Notes under the pieces: model-generated
Databases searched by the model: none
Told to the model about the DNA's origin: nothing
The model's input: only the letters and a program-made list of their open reading frames with translations
Part shown: positions 30,736 to 43,076 of the stretch, piece after piece
Position numbering within the stretch: position 1 is the stretch's first letter
Layout of the letters: the number at the start of each line of letters is the position of its first letter
Program-made: the position numbers and the translations under genes
Source of the DNA: Marsupella aquatica
Taxonomy: Eukaryota; Plantae; Marchantiophyta
Assembly: GCA_973895155.1 (NCBI GenBank)
Contig: OZ316898.1
Location: forward strand, 8,729,079 to 8,793,078
Reading direction: 5' to 3'
Length of the DNA stretch: 64,000 nt

Positions 30736-31603
30736 TTATTGATTGTATATGTCAGTGTCTCATTAATCAACAATCGAGTCGTCGTGAGACTTTGCACGAG
30801 GAATCGCGCACTTATGGCGCCGCCCAATTCGAAGAGAAATCCAATTCATGATGGTCTTTGCTCCATCCCTCATTAGTAGGGGTTCTTCAGAAAAAGGGTT
30901 TACAGTACACGCTTTGTACTTGTGTAGAGTCGACACAACGTCGTGTGAATCGAGTGTCCTTCTCGTCAGCTCCCAATCCTCCCGTCCATCGCTGAACGAC
31001 GACGGAGATGGTGTACTGTCAGAGTGTCGTGACTGCAAAGCTTGATTGATGACAAGAATGGGCACCTGTGAGATGAGACTGTCGAGTGGACGTAAGTGAA
31101 AAAAACGAAGAGGAAGAGATTTATGGCTGGAGGAACGAGAAACGCTTTCGAGTGGACTCAAGGTGGAAATGCTACGTGATTGAAGGCTGGATGAGGAGCA
31201 GATGCAATCAAGGTGGGACTGAAATGGAGTGAGGCTTTGGCGTGGATGCAAGGAAACTTCTAGGTGATTGGATGACTTGACGAGGGAGAGTGTATGCGAA
31301 GATCATGGCTAGCAGGGGTTTAGGGTGTTGTAGTGAGTCAGGTGGATTGTGGATTGGGAGATGGAGATTTGGAATCGGATACAAACATTTCTAGAGGAGT
31401 GAAGAAGGATGAGTATTGGTGAAGGAGTCTGGATGATGTTTATAAGGAGGAGGAGGAAGGACGCAGCAGGGATGGGAGGCATTATTTTAGCGGTGAGGGA
31501 ATCGAGAAGCCTGAGCATAGCTGAGTGTCATTGGTTGACGAAGAAGTTGCAGCTGTCGAGGCGGGAATAGTGAGGGAGAAGGACGGGTGGTTGGCAGGAG
31601 AGG

Positions 31604-34600
31604 ATGAGCGCTCCGTCGTCGCCCTCTCTGTCATCTGGAAGCGACGATTTTGGAGCATTGCTGGATGCTGATCTACTCCAGACCTCGTCACCGGAAGAGT
31701 TAGCGGAGCTTTCGAAGGGTGGCTCTGAAGAAGACGTTGATATAGAGGAGGAGGAGGAGGAGGAGGAGGAGGAGGAGGAGGGAACTGAACAGGTCCAGGA
31801 ATCGTCTGTCGAGGCGGCGGAGGCTGGAGAGGACTCTTTGGTTGTTGAGGTGGAAGAGAACGACGCAGAAGAAGGCTTTCAGGAAGAATACGAGAATTCA
31901 AAATTCTCTGCACAATTAGGGTACATTACGCAAATTCGTGCATCCGTTCTCTCTGTCAATTTTCTGTCTTGCACGTAGGCCCCTCAAGTAGTATTTCCTC
32001 TTTCTTTCAGACGTTGCTTAAGAAATTGCTACCCATTACTTCGTTGTGTATCTGTGTAACTTGCATTGCGTGGACACGAATAAGCAGCATTTCCTTTGTC
32101 ATTCATTCTTTCAGACATGATGTCTGCAAATAGCTTGGTTGTGTATCTGTGTCGTTTTGCTATGGGCGATTATCTGAAGATTGAATCCTGACTTAGATTC
32201 GTAGCTTAAGTTTGGAGAAATATGTTATGACACCGGGCTTGAATAGAACTTAGATTCCCCAGTCTCGTTCAGCGACACTGAAGTGACCTCATCGTCGTGA
32301 TAATGTAGCGACTCAAGCCTTAGTTTCATTGAGATGTCAGGATGTTGTCAGTGTAGGGTCAACGACATGACGGAAGGTTAACTATCCATTTCGACTGTAA
32401 AGGCCACATGGTGCTGTAGAGTAACTTTTAATGTTTTTCCGCTGCTCAGAGAAAATGTTCCTGAGAGAGAGCAGTTTGATGGGCAAGAACAGGTCGGACG
32501 GGGAAAGCGGAAGAGGGAGCAGGACGAAGATGAGGCTCGGCCACATCCTCCTGAGAAAGGTGCTCACACCCAGCCAGCCTATGCTTCCTACTTGCCAGTC
32601 CTTCCTTTTCATGTCACGGAAGCTTAACTTGATTGTTTGCACGTAGTACATCGATCCCTTTCACTTCATTTCAAAATCATTACACTTATCAAACGTCTAA
32701 GAAAACTTTCGCACAACTCTTTTCTGGGGTTTCTTGCCATGTAGAAATTTGCCCTCCCCACCCAGGGTTTATGTGGGGGGTTTGTATCCGGTGCGGTGAG
32801 AATAGACAAGTAAGCAACAGTGAACCAGAGCCAGCGGCAGTATCCCTCCGATACATTCATGAGGTATTTCAGTGAATTGTCATACTCGGGCTTTTAGTGG
32901 TCATTGAGCTTGCAAGTCATGTTTAACACGAAATTACTGCAGGAAGAGGAGTTCCCTGATCCTGTATTCGCTAGTAGTTACTTGGTGGCAGATGTGTATT
33001 TGAGTGCATGCTTCGGCGTAATCAATTTTGAAGCTGACCCCGTCTTTGTCAAAAGGGGTTTTGAATGCTCTACAAGTTAATTATTGCACGCTCCCTATGG
33101 AAAGGCTTTGTTGCTTGGCTTATATTCACTTCAGTCCATGTTAAGTATGTAATATGTTCTTGGTAGGGTTTGGAGGTTTCTGAAACGGAGGCAGCGAGAA
33201 TGCGAAGAGATGAGCTCAAGCATGTGATGCTCAAGCAAAAACTTTACCTCGTTCTTGATCTGGACCACACTATGCTAAACTCTGCACGGTTTATTGAAGT
33301 GCTTCCTCAAGAGGAGGCTCATCTTGCAGCTTGCTACTCAAAAGGTACCCTTACTGTTTCACGTTCGGATGGAAATTTGAAAATTTTAGCGAGCTTTTGA
33401 AAATTTATGTTATTAGCGATTTTGCAAGAGAATGACGTCGTGGTTTTCTTCTTACATCATCTCTCATATTTGTTTTGCTGTTTGGTCCCATTTCTTATAA
33501 GCATGATATGAAGGCAATTCTTCTTTCCTTTTCTTCTTCTTTTGTTTTCATCTCCTGTCTCATTACGTCAAGATTCTGGCTGTACAGGGGGAATAGTTGG
33601 AGAAGGTGAGCGTGGATGCATAAATGGCCTGAATAGACTAAATAATTTGCAGATGTGGACAAAAATACGACCTTTTGCACGTGAGTTCATAGAGGCAGCA
33701 AGTAAGATCTGCGAGATATATGTCTACACAATGGGAGAACGGGCATATGCAGTAGCGATGGTACGCCTACTAGATCCAACTGGACGGTTTTTTGGTGATC
33801 GAATCATATCACAAGGAGACAGTACACGTAGTACGATGAAGGACCTCGATGTAGTACTTGGTGCAGAATCAGCAGTTGTGATTCTTGATGACACGGAAGG
33901 GGTGAGGAACACCTACCTTGACTTCCTCTATCTTGTGATGTAGAGATCCTGCCGATTTCAATAACCTCTGATAAGATTTTCTTCCAGTGTTAATTTTTTG
34001 ACGTTACAATTGGTATGCAGGTCTGGCCAAAACACAGAGCCAATCTCGTTTTAATGGAGAGGTACCATTTTTTCAGATCTAGTTGTAGGCAATTTGGCGT
34101 CAGAGGCTTATCTTTGACAGAAAAGGGGAGGGATGAAAGTGAGAAGGAAGGAGCACTTGCGATGGCTCTCAAAACTCTTCGCCGTATACACCATGCTGTC
34201 TTCAATGCTGCAAACCCGGTGAGTTCGTTGTGTCCAAGTTGTTCAGTCTATCACGTGTCTTTAACTTGCAATTGTTCGCTTGCTTACAACAGAATGTGTT
34301 ACAAGTCTTTTAAGCTTGCTGGAGGAAAGTGTAGTCTTTGTCTGTTTGTCATTCCATCAATGTTCTGGTCCTTATCATGGGCAAATCTCCTTTGCCATCT
34401 GTTCGCTATTGTTCAATGCACAGTTTAGTATGGCAATGGTTTGACCCTGTGTCTCTCTTCGAGGATAAGGGGCGTAATTTTAAAGGTTGTTTGGTTTTGA
34501 TTGTTACAAAATTGGCATATCTTGTATGCATGGGTTTGCCTACATTAAAATTTGACCATGAATGCAGCTGCAACTAATTCAAGTCATTTTGGCTGCAGAT

Positions 34601-35373
34601 AGAAAGAGGAATCTCGAAAAAGGCTACTGACCATATGGACGTCAGAAAGGTATTTTTCTGACTCTCATAACAGGAGAAGAAAATGCTCCTGAAGTATATT
34701 TGTGCTGGACAATATCATTAGGGACTGCCACAGAAATAATGTTGCCCACTTATTGAGGCTAAGTTATGATTTCTGGTTCGCTCCTGGCCTTGAAAGATGG
34801 CTAAACTTGCATCCTTGTGCTTTTCAGGTCATTCAATCCCTTAGAGGGAGAATTCTCAATGGATGTCGAGTAGTTTTCAGTCGCATTTTCCCCATCGGCA
34901 TGCCATATCCTGAGGGTCACGCATTTTGGCGGCTGACAGCAGAGCTAGGGGCTCATTGCTCGACCGTAACAAACTCAACAACGACGCATGTTATAGCCTT
35001 AGATCAAGGAACGGAAAAGGCACGGTGGGCGAAGCAGAACGGAAAGTTTCTGGTACACCCGTGCTGGGTAGAAGCTGCTAATTACCTGTGGTGTCGACCC
35101 GTGGAAGGGGACTTTCCTGTAGGGGAGAGCGATTCACTGCCACCTCTGACTTCTTTTGCCAAGACTGTCCCTGTGATGCAGCAGAGTAGACCAGAAACGC
35201 ATAGAAATGGGGTTATAGAGGGTCCTCAAACCCCGTTACCAGAGAAAGTTGAAGTCATGGCTAAGAATATGATAAATGAAATAAAAATCTCTCCCAAGGA
35301 AGAAGATATAGAAGTTTTGGACTCTCCGAAGATATCAAACAACCTTTGTACTCCTGCATCAGCCAGCACATGA
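31604..35373 (+). CDS. CPL4: RNA polymerase II CTD phosphatase-like 4 (FCP1 catalytic domain + BRCT), ~8 exons
   Basis: SDDFGALLDADL N-terminus, CPPHPGFMWGVCIRCG, LYLVLDLDHTMLNS (DxDxT), TKIRPF, YTMGERAYA, VILDDT, BRCT GCRVVFSRIFP...THVIA...HPCW. Predicted exons ~31604-31920, 32449-32558, 32744-32863, 33167-33344, ~33572-33901, 34021-34218, ~34599-34649, 34828-35373. Confidence 0.9.
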
Positions 35374-36679
35374 GTGATTTGGAGCGTCATTGCAACAAGT
35401 CCTGCAAACGGCCTGGCTACTCGGTCCAGTTTTCTCAAAATGTGCTGCTCTCTGGCTTTGAATAAAACAGCCATGTACAGTGTCGGCTTTCGAATTTTTG
35501 TAGAGAAACAATCTGTCGTGACCATGACGGCGAATTCTGAAAGCTTAGACGGATTTCATTCCCATTGAAAGGAGCGTTATTTCAATTTTGTGAGATACTC
35601 TTGTTGTGTCCCAGCAGACTGGGTGGGATGGGTCCCAATTTGTCCGATCGCTTGAAAACATTTTCACTTTTGTCTGATATGGTGTAACTTTAATAACAGT
35701 ATTGTGGGATCTCGGAAGGAGGAAGGCCATCAGCACACCCCTATTCTTGGAATATTGTCCTCAGCTTGTGTAATTTGCATCATGTCTTTTTTGTTGGCAT
35801 CTATCTTTTTTGTTTGCATGGAGATCGAGAAGTGATCTGAGTCTACTACCAGTTGGGCAAGAATCCACTCGCGGTTACGTTTTCCTGAGGTGTTTCCTTC
35901 GCTCGCGATGAAGTATTTACTGGCTTCAGCATTTTCTATGTCCTGTGGTAATATGAGCATTGAAACTCTCATGTGCCCATAAACCACTGTTTAGAAACGA
36001 GCTGTTCCAGCACGCTACTTTCTGGACTAGTTTACATCTCTGCTTTGATTTGGCTGCATACCTCACCAGCTCATTCGTCAGACTGTCTTAGGTACCTTTA
36101 CTTCGTTATAATCGCCTCCTTTGATGCCATCATGTCCACCCAGACGAGTTAAGCATCACTGCTTTAAACCACCAGTACAACTTTAAATGCTATTACTCAT
36201 TTCATAGATTTCAAACTCCAAGATCTACCGTACACCTCTAAATGCTAGTGGTAACGCAGAGGCACACTCAATTCACGGGCTTCAAGCTCGGAGATATTGG
36301 AGCTGAAGTACACCTATAGTAGATTATTCTACTGGTAGTCTAGTACACCAAAAGCAAACGTTGTGTTCATTTTATAGGCATCAAATTCCAAGATTTAATC
36401 TCTATACTTTCCTCTGAATAGTGCAGCAAACTTTGGGAAATTTTCGGAGTACTCTACAATATTCGTATGAGCGGATATGACAAGTTCACGCGGAGTGTAC
36501 CACGATTGAAGTAAGTTACGGGAGCCTCAAGCGTACTGTATTTTGGAATACAATATGACTATTTTGGGGACGCAACAGTAAAAGGCGACAGAGAAATAAA
36601 AGAGTAGACACGAGGTACTGAGGCAGCCACGAAGCTCCTAACTTGCGGTCGTCCTCTCTGCTTTCTGATCATCCGCAGT

Positions 36680-36812
36680 GGGCATGATCCACAGAAGACG
36701 AGCTGCATTTATCATCTCACTCCTGCCCAACAAGCCTTTCTGCAATTCAGCCATTGGGCATGATCCACAAAAGACGAGCTGCATTTATCATTTCACTTCT
36801 GCCCAACAAGCC
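36680..36812. repeat. Two ~57-bp direct repeats
   Basis: gggcatgatccaca.aagacgagctgcatttatcat.tcact.ctgcccaacaagcc at ~36680 and ~36757. Confidence 0.85.
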
Positions 36813-37491
36813 AGGTGGTGAAAACAGCTTTCGTCTCCATCCGAGAGATACGCCTATAGACAGCCCAGCACGGAACGTTTGGAATTTCAGCCGAAGGTTG
36901 TGATCTCTGTTCTCTTGATCCACATAAAAGTGTCGGTATTGTTAATTAAAACTTTCGCCGTACCATATCCCTTAGATCACGGAGTCCGTGCGATTGCGTT
37001 CTTGTGGTTTAGAGTTATAACTGGAAAAGCGGGAACTAGGAATACTTCTGGTCCATTTGAAACTCCTGCAGCGTCATAGCTTTGACTGCATTGCAGCTTC
37101 TTATTCACGTCGAAGCATTTCTTTCCTGATTCCTGTTTTTGCCTTTGCAGTCGATTCCGTAAAGAAACTCTGCTTTATCCTCTCTGGAACTTGGCCCAGC
37201 TGCCTGCTCCGCTCTGCTTTACTTTGCTTTGTCCCCCTTCGTGGTTGCTATTCTGCACCCTATGCGATTGGCATCGTTGATTTCCTCGCGCAGCGCAATG
37301 ATTAATTGAGGAGAGACGATTTCCACAGAATGGAAGAGCTCTACTGAAAATGCAGTCTCCCACGTTCCACTCATCAGCATTGATGGCTGCTTCGGATGGC
37401 AAAGGTATGTGGATATAGCAGTCAGCTGTTCAGAAGACGAGTGATGACGTGCAGTGGGATTTTTTAGTTCCTCGAGCTCGCTGTCGCATTA

Positions 37492-40400
37492 ATGGCGACT
37501 TGTATGCGAGCTGTTTGGGCGTGTTCTTCAGCGGTGGCATGTCCTCGTGGGGGCACTAGCTATAGCAGCAGAAATTATTTCTGGAGAAATACGAGCGAAA
37601 GCAAATTAAGTTGTTCCATTCTGGCATCCCATTTCCATGGCCGGGTGTCCTCTGTATCAACTGTGTATAATTTGCAGCAGCCCTGGGTTTGGAAGGGCCG
37701 CCCTGCAAATACTGTTTCTATGAACGCAATAGCGGAGCAGAATTTGACAGAAGAAGATTCGGCGGTTCAAGGAGAGGATGGGGTGATAGTGGGCACGGAA
37801 GACAATTTCTTGAATGAGGAAAAGGTTGATTATAGTTGGGAGACAGAATGGTATCCGTTGTATTTGAGCAGTGAAATCCCTCGTGAGGCGCCTCTAGCGC
37901 TGAGCGTCTTTGATCGATCGTTGGTCCTCTTCTACGATGGAGATGGCACGCTTAACTGCCTGGAAGATCGATGTCCACACAGGTTGGTGCTCCTGTTCTA
38001 TCCCAGATTCTCCCACAGAATTGCAACGTCTTGCTTGGCAGTAGGTATGCATGTCGGTGTTCTCCAGTAAAAATCCATTCTCCGGGTATCTTAGGGCTAC
38101 CTAAACTCGGCTGAATTGCTTTGAAACCAGAAGCTCTCTACGAAAGAATAACACTTATCGTACCCAGCTTGATCAGCTTGAAGAGCCCAATTTGGTAACA
38201 GTTTTCTCTTTCTCCGGATTCGTTTCCTTATTCAGTTACAACTCTACACGAGCTAACTAATCATTTTTCCAGCTTGATCAGCATGAAAAGCTCAGTCTTA
38301 TCAGAATTGGCTGTTGTCGCGACTCGTGAACTGCTTCACTGGCAATTATGCGAGCTATCTGATTATCTTCCCAGCTTTATCTGCTGGAAAAGCTCGCTTT
38401 CTAATTGATTCGTTTTGTGAACAGGCTAGCGAAATTATCAGAAGGCCAAGTTATAGATGGCGCCATCGAATGTTTGTACCATGGTTGGCAATTCCGAGGC
38501 GATGGGACTTGTACAAAGCTTCCACAGGTTTGTTTCTGAGACGCGTATACTTGTGTTATCTTGTGCGAGTATAGGTACTTGTGCATCCAATTTCATCCAC
38601 AAATAGATTATTCGGATCTCTGACCTTGTGAGAAAGCTAAGATCTGTCTCGCATTGGAGAATACGAATGAAGGTTTTCGACTATTAGTCCAGGCCAGACA
38701 TGGGACTTGTTGGAGAAGAAGAAGAAACAGAAACTCAGATGTTTCGACTCCAAAAATCCATTGTCGAACACACTTGAGCCAATTGTTCTTTCATAGGATG
38801 ACGGATGGTATTTCTTGAAGAAGAAGAAGAAGAAGAAGAAGAAGAAGAAGAAGAAGAAGAAACTCAGATGTTTCGACTCCAAGAATTTATCTTCGAACAC
38901 ACTTGAGCCAATTGTTCTTTCAGAGGATGTCGGAGCCTGTAAACTGGTATACAAGTCGACTAGAGTTGTCAAAGTACTAACCTACATGATCCAGTTCGTT
39001 TAACTGGTGTTGGGCTATTTCTAGACAGTTAAAGTTACAGTATCCGCAGCTCAGATTTCATCCCAGTTCGGCAGTGACTAAAAAGAATTGCGTATCTACT
39101 CCACTAATGCCAACGTGCGTCTCTATCTCCACGACAAGGGCCCATCCTCTGATAATGGAAAACAACCAGAGGAAACGTGACCCTCACAGACAGGGACCCA
39201 AACTCTCATGTGGGTCCAACTCGTCTATAGCATTGGACCACATTTGGGACAACCAGCTCTTTACTTTTGAGATTTAGGCACCTCAAACGTCTCAACGTAT
39301 ATTATTGGTTCTGGCAGGGTTTGACTATATTCTGAGATCTAAGTGGATTATTGTCAAGTATCTGACAGTTGCCTGCCGTGTTTGTTGTGCCAGCTCCTTC
39401 CAGGAGCCAAAATTCCGAAACAGGCATGTGCACGCTCGTATGCCATCAAGGAATCTCAAGAAGTGGTATGGGTTTGGATGGCAGAAAAGAGCACTGCCGA
39501 TGAGACAAAGTTGCCCTGGTTTGAACACTATGAACTCGAGAACTTTGGCCACTTTTCGTCCATTCATGAGATGCCCTACGATTACTCCATCCTGCTGGAG
39601 AACCTGCTTGATCCGGCTCACATCCCGATCTCCCACAACAGAACAGACCCAGCAGCGAAAAGAGAACTGGCCCAAGCTCTGCAATTCGAGGTCACGGAAC
39701 GCACGGGACGAGGCTTTGCAGGCACATGGAACAACATCCTCACTCCAGACAAGGTAGCCAAGCTCCGGTTCCAGGCCCCATGCGTAATAAGCAACGATGT
39801 CTGGAGACAAAATCCCAAGGACGGACTACAAGAGATAGTCTGCAGCATTCTGCTGTGTCGGCCTGCCGGGCAAGGAAAATCCATGCTCATTGCTCGATTC
39901 GGTGTTCAGAATCTGTTCAAGAGAAATTCTTTGCTGGGCCTGTTTCCAAGCTGGGTCGTCCACAACACGAGCTGCACTGTGCTGGAGCAGGACATGGGCT
40001 TCCTCTCGTCCCAGAACGAGGTTCTCATCAGAGAAAATGTGCCCACCAAGGATCTGTATCTCAACATTCGGTCCCAGGACACCTGGGTCTTGGAATTCCG
40101 CCAATGGATGGACAAAGTCGGTCATGGCTTGCCCTACTACTGGGGCCATCGCACACTCTCTTCAGCAGCCAAGTCAGCTGTGGAAGAAGGTGCGCCAGCC
40201 GGTCTCTTCGCCAGTACATCAGCTTCCTTCCCTTCCCAAGGAGCACTAGCAGGGTCCATGTTTGCCAGGGAGCCCACACATCGATACTATCGCCATTTTG
40301 TTCACTGTAAATCGTGCAGGAATGCGTTGAGGTTTTTCCAGAAAGGAAGGGATGTGGGGTTGGCAGTGGCAGCTCTCTCAGCTGGACTGGCTTTGGCTGT

Positions 40401-40533
40401 GTTCTACAGGAGCCATCTCTGGAGGACTCTCTTCGTGGTTTTGGCTATGGTCTCGTGCGCTGCGTCATGGGCCTGCACTCGAGCCACTGCTGCTCTCACG
40501 AAGAGTTTTTCCCGACCACATAGATATTCCTAG
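37492..40533 (+). CDS. TIC55: Chloroplast Rieske non-heme oxygenase of the PAO family, TIC55
   Basis: Exons 37492-37982, 38425-38527, 39394-40533. Rieske [14 protein letters not shown]...CLYHGWQF, mononuclear iron site [18 protein letters not shown], two C-terminal TM helices, transit-peptide-like N-terminus. Confidence 0.9.
38729..38930. repeat. Intronic ~70-bp duplication with (AAG)n microsatellite at 38818-38861
   Basis: gaaactcagatgtttcgactcc...gaacacacttgagccaattgttctttca occurs twice; about 14 AAG units. Confidence 0.9.
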
Positions 40534-40779
40534 GCTGGTATGTGTACCCAATTACTCATATTTCTTGACCCAGGATACCTTTCCAAACCCCGTGTACAGA
40601 CGAGAATTCTGGGTTTTTTCTTGGTTTTTTTTTTTTGGGGGGGGGGGGGGGGGTTTGATTGGGGGTTTTTGGGTTTTGATTGGGGGCGGAGTAGGGTAAC
40701 CCATCCTCAAGAGGTGGCAATGGGCTGTAAACCCCCGAGAGTGGTTAGTCTGTGGGGTTTGGAGCCCTTGTACCCTAAG

Positions 40780-41590
40780 TGGGGATGATCATGAGTTACC
40801 AAGAGTAAGACCCAAGTGAATTTTTGAGATGTTCATCTCACACTTTGATGCTAGGAAACTCTTGGTTGTTTACGGTGCAAGTCGAGCAGTCGAGTGTCTG
40901 TCTGCCCTCTGGAATTGATTAAGCTCTTGGTCGTTTATTCCTATTACACTGCAAGTACATGACCTGCACTTGCATGTCTGCTTAGTTGTCTGTGGGGATG
41001 AGTTACCAAGAGTAAGCGCCCTTGTGAATTTTTGAAACATTCACCTCACACATTTACACTAGCATCACTCTTGTTTGTTTAGGGCGCCTGTTGATCGTGT
41101 GCCTGCCCTCATGGAGTCGATGCAGCTCTTGGTCATTTACACTGCAATTAGGTGATCAGTATTTGCATGCTGGTCTGCTTAGTTGTTTGTGGGGACGAGT
41201 TACCAAGAGTGAGCCCCCAAGTGAACTTTTGAAACATTAACCTCACACTTTTGCACTAGCATCACTCTGGTTTGTCTAAGGTGCAAGTCGCTTGTCTGCC
41301 TGCCCTTGTGGAGTTGATTAAGTTCTTGGTCGTTTACACTTCAAGTAGATGATCAGTACTTGCATGCTGGTTTGCTTAGTTGTTTGTGGGGATGAGTTAA
41401 GCAGAGTAAGGCCCCAAGTGAATTTTGGAAACATTCACCTCACACTTTACAACTGGCGTCATTCTTGTTCATTTAGGGTGCAAGTCGCTCATCTGTCCTT
41501 GTGGAGTGGATTAAGCTTTTGGTCATTTACATTGCAAGGAGATTTACATTGCAAGGAGATGATCTTTCCTTTATGCAAGTTTGCTTAGTT
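40780..41590. repeat. Tandem repeat, ~200-bp unit, ~4 copies
   Basis: tggggatgagttaccaagagtaag..ccaagtgaattttt...cacctcacacttt at ~40780, 40990, 41188, 41385. Confidence 0.9.
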
Positions 41591-41998
41591 GTCTGCCACT
41601 TGTGGTTGGCAGCAACCAGGGTCCACTTAGACAGGGGGGCCCATGAAATTGTTCATTATCTTGTATTCTTATTTAAATTTGGGAATTCCCATGCTAGGCT
41701 GGCATAGGGGTTATGTGGCCTCGCCCCCAGGGTTCTGCCCCAAAGCCCTAAACCATTTAGCAGAGAAAATTTCAAGTTGGGGTTTACAGAAGGGTACCCA
41801 AGCCCTAAGGTGCAAACGGGCCCAGCTCTTGCCTCCTTGGGTGAGGGAAAACCCTTTCATGTTATTAATAACTAGCCCAATGCTAGTGCATTGTACAAAA
41901 GATGTTGAGGTGAGACATAACTGTCAAGATGACATAAACAAGTGTAGGTGAGCTCATTCCCAGTGCATTGCAAAAAAATGTTATGCAGAAGATGTCGT

Positions 41999-42360
41999 GG
42001 AGTCGTTACATAAAAGAAGCTGTTGCATAAAAAAGGTTGTGTTTGGGTTTTTTTTGAATAAAAAACAACATTGCATAAAAGATGTTGTGTTCGGGGTTTC
42101 ATTGCATAAAAGTTATTGTTGTGCAGAAGATGTAACTTATTAAATAATAGATTTTGGAATAGATTACAATGTGCAAAGATGGAGTCGTGACATAAAAGAA
42201 GCTGTTGCATAAAAAAGGTTGTGTTTGGGTTTTTTTTGAATAAAAGACAACATTGCATAAAAGATGTTGTGTTGGGGGTTTCATTGCATAAAAGTTATTG
42301 TTGTGCAGAAGATGTAACTTATTAAATAATAGATTTCGGAATAGATTACAATGTGCAAAG
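41999..42360. repeat. Tandem duplication, ~182-bp unit, 2 copies
   Basis: ggagtcgt.acataaaagaagctgttgc...tacaatgtgcaaagat at 41999 and 42181. Confidence 0.9.
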
Positions 42361-43076
42361 ATGTCAAGGTGACGCAAAGAAATGAAGGCTGTGTGTGTGT
42401 TGCACAAAAGATGTCATAGTTTGTGGGTGCAAAAGTCTCTGAAGCCCCTAAATGGGTGGGATTATCTATTATAATGTGATGTTGTTTTGTGTTGCTGGGC
42501 CTTGTTCAACTTGCTGTAGGTGCAAAATCTGTCCCGGACTCTAGTACACTTGGCCAATTTGTTCTTTATGAGCCACTAGAAAGCCTCAAGAGGTACTCTA
42601 AGAGTATAGTCAATAAGTTCAAAGGTCATAAGGCTTGGAACTGTTGCCTCTTCAATAGTGGTTGTTTCCTAAACCCCCCAAAGGACACACTGGGTGGACA
42701 TTAAGGAAATTTACTACATGGGTATCTGATGAGCATTCTGCTTAATAGCTTTACCTGAAAAGCTACATTTGATGCAAATTTAGCAGAAAGCTGTAGTAGA
42801 CATGCAAATTTTGGGGCTAGCCTCTATTATCTTTAATGAAAGTGGACATACCGAGTGAACCTCAATTTTCGGCAAAGAACAAGATAAAAAATAGCAAGTC
42901 TGAAGTCACATGTGGCAAACATAAAGCCATGCATGCAGTTTAGGGAGAAGTAAGTATAATTGAAGCTTGCTTTAGTCAGGCCCATGATCCCATAATTTGG
43001 CAGAGCTCTGACTGAATAAAGAGGCAACACACTATCATGGCATGACGAAGCGACCATTGGCATTGTCACCAGCCCC

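Noticed and set aside
6586-35373. Functional link or recent capture between the TE-like NIF domain and the nearby host CPL4
   Set aside because: Motifs differ strongly (DLNK vs DLDHT, no BRCT), and no DNA similarity was seen; proximity is probably coincidental.
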